This document shows, in pieces, positions 12,437 through 25,606 of a DNA stretch of 64,000 nt. Below the pieces are notes generated by a model that saw nothing but the letters and a program-made list of their open reading frames with translations, was not told the DNA's origin and ran no database searches. The position numbers were made by a program, and so were the translations under genes. The DNA is from Azolla caroliniana. Lineage: Eukaryota; Plantae; Polypodiophyta. Within the stretch, counting starts at the first letter, position 1; the number at the start of each line of letters is the position of its first letter. The stretch lies in the NCBI GenBank assembly GCA_043228905.1, contig JBHGNT010000001.1, positions 28,086,001 through 28,150,000 of the forward strand, written 5' to 3'.

Positions 12437-15400
12437 TAGATCGCCTTGAGCGAATAGCGGTCATATGCTGCATGGTGGGATCACGCCCAAATAAAGGGCT
12501 TACTACGAGATATGTTGCAAGGCAAATTCCATTCACAAGTAGGTGGTATAAGGGAAGTCCAACCACTTGGTAAAGGCTTCTATCAAATCGTCCTAGAGGA
12601 CAAGGATTCCGCAATGAACCTCATAGCTCTATCTCCTTGCCAAGTCCGAAACACATGGTTGTTCATGCATAAATGGACACATGGTTTTAACCCAAAGAAG
12701 GCCGTACAACATGATGATTCCATGAAAAAGGTAACAATGTTGTTTCCTGGTTTATCCTTAGAATACATGTTACTTCCTACTATTGGAAACTCCTTTGGTA
12801 TGATGTTGGACGAGGACCTAACGCTAGCGGACAGGTTAAAGAAGCACCAAGGCCCTCCCTTTATATGCCTTTTGGTGCAGGACATTGACAAACTTCCTTC
12901 CAAGATCCTCATGCTTGGAAAAAATGGAATGCGGATTGAACAACGCATAGAAGTGATCGACGCACCGGGGCAATGTTTTGCATGCAAGAAACTTGGTGAT
13001 TTAAAAAAGAATTGCTCCAAGAGTGGCACAAAAGATTCCGCCAAGGATATCCTGGAAGGTAGTGGCACCATAGGCCATGAGAAGCCACCCCCACCACGAC
13101 TCAATAAGGTTGTGATGGTATGGCAAATGGTGGGGAAAACCCATGTCCTACGCAAAACTCCACAGTCACAAAATCCTCCATCGCCTTTGAGTCCCAATTG
13201 ATTTGATCTACTACAAGAACTCTCCCCCACTGATGAACATTCCCATAGTTCTTTCTTAAGGCCCAAGGAAAGGCCTAAGGTGACTCCAAGCACGCAAGAG
13301 AAAGTGCTCATTAAAGCTTACAAAACTGGAAGCGACGAAGGATCAGTAATGTTAAGACCCTAATGCAGAGCTTGAGTGGTATTGCGCCCAATGGAGAAGC
13401 AACAAACCAAGGCACAAGTCTAAATGTCACCCCTCATATCATTGTCCTCCCAGACACAAATGAGTGTGAAACCTCTAGCTAGGACCTTGAACCACACTTG
13501 CAAAACGCCTTGAAATGCATAGGTATAGGGCACAAGAAAGTGGACAAAACAAGGGTACATGTATCCGCAGTACATACTAATGGAGTACGGACAACCTCAA
13601 ATTCCATTCCACTGTGGCTTCCGGCACAAGAAGACTAGTCCAAGTCCGAGATTAAAGATATGTTATGTAGCCAAGCAACATTTTTTGTAACAAGAATAAG
13701 AGATGAAGACCTCATGAACGAATTAAAGAAGCACTGGAATAACACAGAATTCTGGTGCACCATGGATAAAGAGGAACCTCATCTCTGTAACATCCACATG
13801 CAGACTATCATAGACACCCAACTAACTCCAGGCTTTTTCTATTTCTCTAAGAAGCAAGAAGGGGCTATGGAAGCTCATCGGATAGCCCATAAACTCTACT
13901 CATGGATTTGGACTATCATTTCATTTAATTTAGCGAAAATGACTGGACATCTCAATGGTGAGTGCCCCCCACTCATGGTATGTTGTGTAACACATCAGGA
14001 ACACCTAGCAATCCCCCACCCCAATCCATGATTATGAATGTTGTAACATGGAATGTGCAAGGGCTCAAGAGTCGACTAGACCAACAAAACAGGTGGAAAC
14101 TAAGAAGGGATATTGAGGAGTATATATTAGGGGGTGATGCAGGAACATCACCTCAATAGTATCCGTTCAAAGGATGTCGAAGACCTTCTACCAGGATTGT
14201 GGCGAACAATTTGGGAGCCAGCAATAGGGGAGGATGGAAATCATGGTGGTATTTGCACTTTGATTAGAGAACATCTAGCCCAAGGCTTAGTACACCAACA
14301 ATCACTTATACCTGGTAGGGCACATTTTTTCACGTTGGCCATCCAAGGACAACGTTGGAATTTCATGAATGTTTACACTCCAAATAACAGGACAAAAAGG
14401 GCAACATTCTGGGAGTGCATCCACCTACAAGTAGCAAATGAGGAAGAGTGGTGCAGTGGAGGGGATTTTAATATGATCGAATGCCTTCATGATAGCTCTA
14501 ACAACAATCCCATAGTTCTTCAAGGAAGGGAATGTAAACAATGGGAGAAGTTATGTGTCCACCTTAACCTGCGAGATATATGGCATTAAAACAACCTCCA
14601 ACAAAAAAGGAACTCTCTCTTATTCTCCCGGTCAGATGGGAGGATTAGTGGACCCACCCTATCTCGCATCGACCACATTTACGTATGCGAGGCCCTCGAA
14701 GTGAAGGGAGGCTAGTGTCGCATAACTCCAGGCACGACTTTCTCCGACCATTACCCAATAATTGGTCATTTTCAATTGCACCGAAAGCGGGGCCCATTCC
14801 AACCTCGCATCCCACACACTATTTATCCAATGATCATTACCCCTCAATGATTCATCAACATCCGACAAAATTCTAGTTGAACTAACAAGAGGTTCAAATC
14901 TATTACACGAGATCGTCAAGTCCAAAAGTAAGGATGCTTAGGAAAAGCGGCAGAGGACAAAACATGCACTAATAGCCTTACAACGACTCCAACAAAGATA
15001 CTCGTCATGGAGTTGGATCGTGGGACAAGTTGCCATGATCAAACAGGAACTCATCATGGTGGAAATGACAATCTATGACATGGAGTTTCATGGAAGCAAA
15101 GGGACTGAGGCACGAAGGAATTCTTCCGATCAAAGGGACTGAGGCACGCAAGAACAGTGATGTGCAACCTCAACCGAGAGGATGGAACGACCATTGAGGA
15201 TGGCGAAGAAATGCGGAATATTGCCACAACCTACTATAAGTGCTACTTACTAAAGATAGTATGACCACAGGGGAAGATACAAGAAAAGATATTATCCTCC
15301 AGAGCATACCCTACAAAAGTCACAACGGAAATGAATACATGGCTCACGTGTCCCTGATCAATCAACGAGATATGGGAGGCCCTCTCCGATTTGGATGCAA

Positions 15401-18331
15401 ATAGCTGCCCTAGAATCGATGGCCTCATCACCCCTCACTTCTTCACGAGCCTTTGGAACACTATTAAGAAGACCTCCTCCAGGCATATGAGGAGATCATC
15501 ACCTCTAGAAACATGGCGGAGGAATTTGGACAAGGGATGATACATCTCATTCCTAAAAGTGGTGGGAATGCCAACGACATTAGCAAATGGTGACTAATAA
15601 CTCTTCTCAATACTGTCTATAAGTTGCTCGCAAAAATAATGGCACGCCGCTTAACACCACTCCTCCCTCAACTCATTCATCTGTCCCAGACAGGTTTCAT
15701 TAGGAATCAAAGCATCCTAGATAACTTTTTCTCATTTTGGGAAGCAGTAGCCCTTGCTAAACGTACCAACAACAAGGTAACTATGGTGCTCCCAAATTTT
15801 GAGAAAGCATATAACAGGGTATGTTGGAAATTTCTAGAAAGTGTGATGGGGTAACTCGGCTTTCAAGAGTCATGGATAAAAGGCACTGCAGGACTTTATA
15901 GGAACGCCAACAGTTGTGTTTCACTAGCAGGTGAAAGGGGTCCCTTCTTCCGAATATCGCGGTCTGTACGACAAGGTTGCCCACTAGCTCCATCCTTATT
16001 TCTATAGTACACTGAAGCACTCTCTAGCTTTCTCAACTCGTGGCATCTAAACCTACGTGGTTTGCTTGTGCCGCACTCACATCAAAGCCTCCTGGATACA
16101 GAATTTGCAAACGACATTGCGGTCTACTTGCAAGGGGACTTGGAAAATCTACAGATGCTAGAAAGTGGATTAGTTGTATTTTGCAAGAGATCAAATGCCA
16201 TGATCAATTGACACAAATCCTGTGCAATATGGCTTTCTCATGAAGCACATCTTGCGTGACACCCACATCCCACTTTCAAGTGGATCAATCAGGGAGCGAG
16301 CACCAAATATTTGGGTTTCCAAATTGGATTCAACATTCCTCCGGAGACTATGATTGCACCAATTATTCACTCTATTCGACAAAAGTTGATACATTGGAGT
16401 TTGAAAAACCTCTCTTTAGCGAGTCGCATCATAGTGGCAAACCAGGTATTACTTGCAATAGCATGGTACAACATATCATGTTGGACAATCTCCAAGGAAA
16501 GTATACACCAAATCCAACGACTGGTATGCAACTACATTTGGTCGGGTAAGGAAGATCATGCAGCTCGGGCCAAGGTGGTGTGGCCTATACTCACATCACC
16601 TAAGGTGAGAGGAGGATTGGGTCTTATTGACCCCCTCTCACAATCAAAAGCATTACTTGCCAAATTTGTGGTGCGAGGACTCGAACCAGGGGATGACTGT
16701 TGGAAAATGCTACTACAGTTACGTTTCGCTTCCTTTAGTCCACGAAAAGGGGCCAGCTCCCCCCAAATGGGATGGATTCTAAACATGGATCTCAACCCTA
16801 GTTTCTCACGCCAATTGGAGGATAAATTCAGTGGATCCATGTGGAAAGCGTGGTGTGACATTAGACGAGGATTCAACTGCAATCAACCTTAACTCTGAAC
16901 CTGCTTGGCACAATCAACGTATCCTATGGAACCCATGTATTAGAGATGAATTTGATCAACTAATTGGGTCAAGTAAGGGGTTGTCATGGGGACCATTGCA
17001 GACGGTCCAGGAAAAAGTATAGAATGTTGGTGATAGTTTATTTCATTGCCAATACACGATCAAGCCAACATACTCCATAGAATCAGGGGTGGATGGACTA
17101 TGATATCTGAAATCATTAACGCTCTACTGCTTAGGGAAGATGCTAATCAAACGACGACAATGGAGAAATGGATAGGCTACGAGGAGGGCTCTTTGATCCC
17201 AAGAGGTAGGGAAACCTGGACAAGATCGAAGTCTTTGAATTGCGAGACAATGAGACACCAACATTAAATAAGGCAATTCGAGTACTCACATACACTAGTC
17301 ATAAATGGATAATTTGTAGATCCCGATCCGATCAAAGAACAACCAAAATGGCACATATTTACTCATGAAAACACATGGCTACGTAAGGTCAGTTGGGACC
17401 ATTTGCAATGGACATGGCCTTATCCTTATGCGGGCCCAGGAAGCAAAGTCATCCCTTTCTTCCAAATCACGACTAGATTTGGTTGTCACATTCTAGCCGC
17501 TCAAATTGTTTGAGAGCCGACTGCTGGAAAGGTTTGACACATATACCATGTTCCTTACACAATTATCAACAAGTTTTGGCAAAAAATATGGAAACAACAG
17601 GCCAGACGAATTACCATGTTCCAATGGCTATTAATACATAAGTCCCTACCGATTGGAGTGTGGCTGCGTGGGAATCTTAGCTCTCCTAATTGTGTAGCAT
17701 GCCCAAATGCAACGGAATCAATACAACATGCTCTGTGGGTCTGCCCGGAGACCCATCAAATATGGTGGGGTGTTGGCCACCTATTGCAATTATGTCAAGT
17801 GCTAGGCACAGTCAAGTGGGGAAACGTATGTTGGCTATCGTGGCAGGCCCCCAATTGACAAGTACGAGCATCAGGAGGAGGAGATGACTTTAGTGATAAA
17901 ACCACAAGAGGTCTCCTTTTCCACCATCGGCAATATCCACTCAACTCCTATTAATGTCAAATCTCAAGTTGTGTTGGAATTGGTCAGCCCAATCACTCTT
18001 TGGATTTTATGGAAATAGCGATGTAGATGGGACTTTTCCAACCAAACCGCGCATCCAATCATGTTAATGCAAGAGATATAGAGTGAAGTTGTAGCCAGTT
18101 TGAAGAGCCAATACAATGGTCTTTAAGGGCAGCTCCGATGGAGTTGAACGACAACGACTAGCCTTCATCAACAATGGTCGTCATCTCTCTTTTTTCAGTC
18201 AGTGGGCATCCACATAAGATGGAACTATCGCGTCCCTACAGGGATTTGTATATAATACTCTCATCTGTAAAATTTTATAACTAATGGAAGGAGTTTTTTT
18301 TGGAAAAAAAAAAGAAAAAAAGAAAAAGAAA
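12437..18331 (+). mobile_element. L1-clade LINE (L1-A), near full length, inactivated by stops and frameshifts
   Basis: ORF1 has a DUF4283-like region and zinc knuckle CFACKKLGDLKKNC (12512-13201). ORF2 starts at 14028 with APE motifs (TWNVQGL, QEHH, GGDFN, SDH), RT motifs (QGCPLAP, FAND), GGLGL and a zf-RVT C..C..ES..H....C. A-rich tail at 18304-18331. No TSD was found. Confidence 0.93.
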
Positions 18332-18899
18332 CTACAATAGTAAGAAAAAAACAAACAAAAATGATTGAAGAATGTGGATAGACTCTAATCATTGTCTACT
18401 AGGTACCATATACATCATGCATGCAAGTGGAAATTCTCTCATATCTAGAAGTTATGCAAATTTATTTGTCTCTACTTCCCTCAAAAGGCACACCTCACTA
18501 TAGTAGCAAAGTCACAATCACTTCAATGTCTACCACATTTGCTTGAAAGGTGGATTGTGTTTATATTTGTTGTAAGTGTAATGTTCGTTTAAATGTTTAG
18601 TGTTTGTTAGACATGAATGTGGCCATGTATTCATTTCTTAGTGGTGAGCGTATTATACTTGATGTTTCTCTTAATTTTTGTTAATTATCCAAAAGCACAA
18701 ATGTTATAAAAAATGTCATGTATTTTTTCCGTAGCTTTCTATAATAAAAACAAATGTAAAATTTACTCAACAACCCAACAACATTACACAAAGGTTAATC
18801 CATTGCGAAAAACATGTTGACACAAACCAAATACTATTATAAAAAGATGATATTTTTGTGTATATATCACGACATATCTATTTGATCAACATTATGGTG

Positions 18900-20200
18900 T
18901 CTTTGATCCCATTTTCGATTTATTATTCCAAGATTCAAAGCATTTGCTCCACATAACCTCTTTAAGATTGGTCTTGTTTTGTTATATTGATGCCCACAAG
19001 CATCAATAATTTCTTTTTAGAAAGTTGGAAGTAGAGTACTACTAGTAGCCCAAAACTCATGCGAAGTGCTTATAAGTATACTCTTATATGTTGATGATGT
19101 TGTGTTATGCTAATATAATGCATATGATATCAATCACTTACATGGGGTATTGAAAACATTCTATCAAAGTAATGAGCTAACTATTAATATGTACAAAACA
19201 AAATTGTTGGCAATAAAAGCAATACAACCAAGAAACTATCCCACTCTTACATAAAACGGTGAACCAATACAAGTGGTGCAAACTTTTTTTTTCCCAAAAA
19301 GGTGGTGCAAACTTTAAATATATTGGTATTAATGTCTCATCGACAAAAGGTAGAATATATGCAATGAGTTTAGACTTCATGTGGGATGGAATAGTGATTA
19401 TGCGTTAGAGAGTCAATGCAACCAAATTGATACTAGAATATGGTCAAGGAGATTGTGTTATTAAATGCAATGGTAGTCAAGTGTTGCTTTTTGGGATGGA
19501 AGTGTGGGGTGCCACTTTCATGTAATGCATTGAATGAAATAGAGAATGAAAATCTTGGAGTTAAATCTGTAACATCCTATTCGATCACGCTTTTAGGAAC
19601 ATGTGCTCAATCTAAAGAGGTGCTAGAGCAAAGAGTACAAAGGTATATCACACAAGTCAAGAATACTTGCCCACAAATGACCAAAACATGCATTAAACGT
19701 TTAATGCAAGGTACAAAAAATCAATAAGAGCAAAATCATCTCATATTTTTTAGTGCTTGACATTATGATATGCTTTAAAAGATGAGGACTAGAATATATA
19801 TAGGAGCTCTCTGGTGATGTTATGCAGTATATGATCATCGAGGATAGATTATCATAGGCATTATGGATAAAGTGGCGAGATGCTATATTGCAAATATTAA
19901 CCTCAACATTGACCCCAATATAAGGTAAAAAGGCTAGATCATATCTAGTTGAATGTTACTGCCTAATAGCCCTTGGCCTTAAACAGGCCTTACACTTCTT
20001 TAACTTGTTCACACAACCAAGGTGTTCAGATAGCATCACGATTTCATCGCCCAAATATGATGATATGCAAGCCTCAAGGTATGCAATGAAACCTAATGGA
20101 GGTGAAAATCACTTCTCACATTCTTAGCATATAATGCAAGTCACATATAAGTACGAAGACTTATTAGATGGATGAAAGTATCTGACTCTAATCTGCACCA
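18900..20200 (+). mobile_element. Heavily decayed RTE/RTE-X-like LINE reverse transcriptase fragment
   Basis: LLYVDDVVL at 19078-19107, FKYIGI at about 19313, and LNAMVV-QVLLFGMEVWG at about 19461-19509. Many stops; boundaries approximate. Confidence 0.55.
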
Positions 20201-20474
20201 AGAATGGTAAGCACATATGCATGTGCATTATTTTCACATAGAGAGAGAGGTCTTACTACATAGTAGTAACCCACATTATGGAGTCACATACAATATCATG
20301 TTTATGCAGTCCCATAAGTCAAATTTGGCCACATGGATGATAAAAAATCTAGTGTATTCTAATCTCCATGGAAAGGTGTCCACACAAAGACAAAAGTGGT
20401 CACACAAACACAATATCAAGGATGTGAGGGACGTGCTAATAATAAAGTGAACATTCAACCATTCCTATAACAAT

Positions 20475-22467
20475 GTTGGATGGGTAGGGCATAGACCATG
20501 AGACGGTGTCAGCTAAAGTGGCATGGGGTTGTTTGATTAAGGCGAGAAACCACGGGGGACTTGGGCTTGTGGATCCAGTTCACCAAAGTAAGGCTTTACT
20601 CAATAAGCTTCTAGTGTGAACTTTGAATTCTACAACTTGAACCAAAATTGTGGAAGGTGCTTCTTGGGGACAGAGTTGACCTTTAGTGCCTGAGGAATGG
20701 CAACCCTTAGAAGGCAAAGATGTGGTGGTTGTTCAATCCAAGTTTAAAGTCGAAAGAACCATCTAGCATGGAGGATAGGGTGGCCCGCATCATAATGAAG
20801 GCATGGTCAAGTTTACGAGAAGGTTTAGTCTTAATGCAACAGAACACATTGGAGCAACAACTATGACAACCACTGTTTTGGAACCCCGGGATTAGAAGTG
20901 AAGATGGTATGATGCTTGGTAAAAAAAAATACTTGTCGTGGGGCGTATGTTTGAGTATAATGTTAGTTCGGTAAGAGATTGGGAGGTTTTCAGAATGAAG
21001 AGGAGGGAGGGTCAGACTGGTAGCATTATATTTAATGGAAGGCTAGAAAAGGTGACCCAACTAGTAGATTAGGTAACAGTTGTTGATGGTTTAGATAGTT
21101 GAATGAGGAAGAGATGGTCTAGTATGGTTGGTTTGTAGGTGAGGGTGATGCACAAATTATCCATGGTAGGTGCACAACTAATGAGGATCACTTGTGGGGC
21201 AACCTAAGTGCTTTGTCTGACAATGGCGGGTGGTTGGCAATGCGGGTGGTAGTGTTAGAGGGTAAGAAGTGGCAAGTAAAGCCGGACCCAAGGAAGCTGG
21301 ATAATGATTGTAAACTGTGGATTTTTGACAACAAGCCCTTATGTGATTTTGAGTGGTATCCACTGGAGGTATGATGGCAAAAACCAGGAACGAGCAATTT
21401 GGAAGGGTTTTTTTAGTACAATGCACAGACTCACAATAGCTAGAGGGATAAACACATATCATATGACTTCTTGAAGTCGTCTCGGAGGAGACTATGGACG
21501 TTGGATATGCGACAAAAAAGGTTTTGTTGTGGCTTCTTAGCCATAAGGCGATACCTGTAGGGGAGTGGATGCAGTGTCGTGGTGGGGAGACCGGTTGCAA
21601 GTTATGTGGACACACTTTGGAATCGATCCCTCGTTGTTTCTGGAATTGTGCATAGATGATTAGCGTTTGGGGTAGAAGTCTCAAGATCGGGGTAGTTTGC
21701 GGTGTGAATGGGAAAGTTGTGTGGGGGTCCTCACAGGGTTTGAAGTTACCATGGGAAGGACGGGTTGAACAATTAAACCCACAGGGTCATGGATTTATAA
21801 TGCAGGGTGGCCACGTGTTCCAATGTGTTAGAGTGCGAGGTTGCACTAACTTTGCATTCTTTGGGGTGATATGGATGATGGTGGTGTGCTTATTGGTCCG
21901 GCACATTTGGACCAGGCGCTGTAAGTTTGTTTTTCAGCAGCAAAAGCTTCCAAGCGGTGAGGTCTTGTTAAATATTTGGCTCGAGTTGGTATCCTGGTTG
22001 CGTGAACACTATGACTCGATTTAAGGGGAATTGGATGAAGGTGAAAGGGCACCGTCAAAGTTTTTGATAAAATGGGGTGGTTCTCCTATGATGGTCAAAT
22101 CTTTGATAGGGCCTAAATAAAACTACCAAGCACCCAAGTGGTTGTTTCTGCCAATGGCTTCCATTAGTGGACACGAGATGTAAATATGTATAACTGTGAT
22201 GCAAGTAAGTTACAATAATTGTGGTACCCAGATAGTTTTGTTGTAAAAGAGTAGGTTGGATAATTTTGTTTGTAAATGAGGGGGTGGGGATTATGACCAG
22301 ATTTGTGAGGGGAAGGCTAGCGTGAGTTTTGCTAAATTTGTTGTTGGTTTTTGGAGTTCTTGGATATATAGATCTCTCTAAGGTTAGGCCTTGTGAATCT
22401 TAATGGCTGAACTTTGATGTATTTAGTTTGCTAACTAATGCGACACTGTTTTTTTGGGGGGAAAAAA
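20475..22467 (+). mobile_element. 5'-truncated decayed L1 (L1-E), ORF2 C-terminal half plus 3' UTR
   Basis: AKVAWGCLIKARNHGGLGLVDPVHQSKALL, CKLC..LESIP.CFWNC, IW..RCKFVF and NYQAPKWLF. Ends in ctaatg..T7-G6-A6. Confidence 0.85.
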
Positions 22468-23229
22468 CATGTGACTCAAAAATAAAATGCCTACAATATT
22501 GCTATTTTTCAACTAGAAAAGTGCAATAATTACAATAGGGCTTTACCTAAGGCATTTCAAATATTTCAAAAGAAAAAAAATGAAATAAAGGGTTACATCG
22601 TAATCTTCTAATTTAAAGGCTTTTGATTTCATTCATTGCAAAATGGTATAAACTTGAGAATGTGTACTCCATTCCCATTGGGTGAGTTGTTTATATTTTC
22701 GTGATATTGAGTTCATGTCATATCTAGGTTTTATGTCTAATGTCTAGATGGAAGGTGCTCCTCCATATGAGAATTCAAGTGTGCACTTCACCTAAATAGA
22801 GATAAACAAAGATAGATTCTCATCATCTACATCAGTTTTATTGAGTGAATATCCATTTTTTTGTCTGATTTTTGCCACAACAATGCTAGGAAGCCATAGA
22901 TCGAGGAGATTCCATTGCCATAAATGGCAATGGGCCTTCCATTGGTAAACTTTGTATCAATACAACCCCCATTCAATTGAGTCCAAATTTTTAAGCCTCG
23001 ATGAAAGCCATCACTTAGGATGAAATAAAACAACAATGTATTCGGCAATATTGAAGGGGTTTACATTATGTCACATGTGTCAATCAACGTCAACAAACAC
23101 ACTTTGATTAGGCCAATACATGGGCTCCTTTAAAAAAATATCACTTAAAGTCATCATAGTCCAATGATCATTCAAATTTCAATCAAAGTCAGAACGAATT
23201 ATCAACTCACCAAGGATTTGAAAGGAGTT

Positions 23230-25580
23230 GGGTAATCTTGCAAACAAATTAATGGCAGTAGGATTCATCACAAAGTCCTTCGGATCAGAGAGATAGGCTA
23301 CTTATTTCGGTACATAGCTTGGAGGGGTTGACGGTCAACATGGAAAGGGGTTCTGACATCTTCGGCCTTGTTGTTGGAGCATTTCATCAACTTTATTTGC
23401 CTCATATAGTTCCTACACCTGTAATCAAAGCTAAAATCTTAATTTATGTATGATCAATTTTGTGCATCAAAGTTGTTGGGTTTTTTATATTGATCAACAT
23501 TCTCATGATATGACACATATTGGCCCTTGCATTAATATCTCATGGTTTAGAACAACTTGTTTGCCATGTTTAGTGTTCTTATATCAATCATCCAAATGTT
23601 TAGGTGATTGTTTACTAAATCCAAATGCTACAAAATCTAGAAAATGATGTAGGTAATCTTTCCCCATTACTTGACAACATAATCCTAGATTTTTTTATAC
23701 TTGTCAATCGAATTACCTCGACTATTATATATATGATTCTTGTTGGCTTAAAAACTTTACCGTTCTATGTGTATGATATGAGAATCTCTACCAATTCAAG
23801 TAATTCTTAACGAGAAAAATCATGTTGATTTTTGTTTGTTTGTTGTGTTTGTGAAAACTTCTTCACATTACTTGTTTGATCCATTGAGATCATGCACTAA
23901 CGCTAGGTTTCATGAAGTTAAGAGTACAGGAATTACGTGGATACTCAACGTAGATCTAGGATTTCTTTAAGGATAATGAGAGTCTTAGTTCGAGAAATCT
24001 ATGAGGGGGATATGTACTTGGAAAGAGGACATAATTTTGCAGATACTTAAGCAAAAAATTAATGGAAATAGATCATTCCTTTTTTAGTGACATGACAAAT
24101 GATAATGGAGAGTCGAGACTCCATATTACTCACATGGGAAAATATCTCTTGTCAAATGGGGTATGGTACCTTCAATTATGTGAATATTCACTTATTAGCT
24201 AATATTAAGAGATTATCTCATCAAGGTATCTGATTGATATTAAGATTTTGCATATTATGGAGTGAAAAAATGCCACCACAATGTCCTACTCTCCACTTAA
24301 TTTTGTTTCTTCCCTATATTCGATGGCTAAGAAATTGGAATAACGATTGGACGTGGATGGATAAAGGTCTAATAGTTCTTGAGGAGCTACCCCACATGTC
24401 ATGCATGTAAATAGTTAGAGAACTAGATATATAGTTTCCAAGCAATGAATAGGTAAAATAGAATGTGTTATGTGTTCAAGAGATAATGCGAGAGAGATAA
24501 ATATCTTCTTAATGTCCAAAAGGGACCAATCACGATCTATGAGACAAGGTGTAGCCTATGGCAAGGATCAAACTTGGGTTCTCACAATTTTATGACTTTG
24601 ATGGATATATCTTTACCATTCATGGACACAAGTTTTGTTGATGTATGTCTCCTTCCTAAGAAGTTAGGAACAATCTAATAATTAATGGGAGAGTGAGGGG
24701 GATATGTAAGGTATCCACTCTATACAAACGAGGGGGTTTGGTTTATATCTAACCTCTATGGAAGTACATATAGAAGTTATGGACAATTTAATAATGAGAA
24801 GGAGAGCGAGTAGGATATCTAAGTATCCATTTCATTCAATGAGAAGCCATCTTTCATTGACAATAGTCAATTGCGAACTTTAATGCACATGCATGCACCC
24901 AACACATATGCTCACCTGTTGAACATAGTTGAATTTGATTCTGAACATGCCCTTTGAGCTCAACTATATTGCAAATCATTCATACAAAAAACTTGGTTTA
25001 CTTCCTTCAAAACTTTCAAATGCAAATTCCCTCATAGGTAGAACACCCAAAAGTTGTACAAAATTATTTGCCACTACTCTCAAAAGCCACAACTGATTAT
25101 AGTTGTAAATCATTATGACTTCAATGTCCAAAACATTTGTACATTTCACCGTCAAAGGATGTTTCAATATTTTGTTGGGAGTGTAGTGTTACTTTAAACA
25201 TACAAAGGTTATTAAACAAGAAACTTGAATATGCATTCATTTCTCAACGAGCTTATCATGCTTGATGTCTCAATATCCATGTTTGTCCATTCCCACAATG
25301 TTTGGTAAATGGAATTATAATGGACCTGACTCGAACATTCATGATTGCAATTGAAATAGTCTGTTTTGATACTTATTTTTTATGTTTAGCAATGGGAAGA
25401 TATTGTTTGCTTAAGTGTCACATAAATCTATATTCTCTACCCTTGCCTTTATACAAATTTTCAAGCACAAATGCACCTATTAAGAACTTAGTGTAACGAT
25501 TAAGGTACTCTTTGGTAGATGTAGCCCGATTCCAGCTAATTTGTATTAGGAAAAGGCTTTCTTCTTTCAGATTTTCTATG
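23230..25580 (-). pseudogene. Probable highly decayed receptor-kinase (RLK/Pelle) kinase-domain remnant
   Basis: Colinear minus-strand traces: KS..K..FL.QI (about 25530-25575), *DIK...LVEK.M (about 25230-25275, HRDIK-like), GH*S..IYNY.VVAFE.SGK (about 25068-25130) and a donor at about 24915. An acceptor at about 23420 is followed by V*ELYEANKVDEML..RPKMSE.LSMLT..VPK*VAYLSD. Confidence 0.4.
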
Positions 25581-25606
25581 GTCAATTTTTACTTCTTTCC
25601 TTACAC

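Noticed and set aside
12583-13311. 242-aa minus-strand ORF
   Set aside because: Antisense shadow of L1-A ORF1.
12400-18345. Target-site duplication for L1-A
   Set aside because: Only a weak agaaa..cta similarity; no convincing repeat, so the 5' boundary is approximate.
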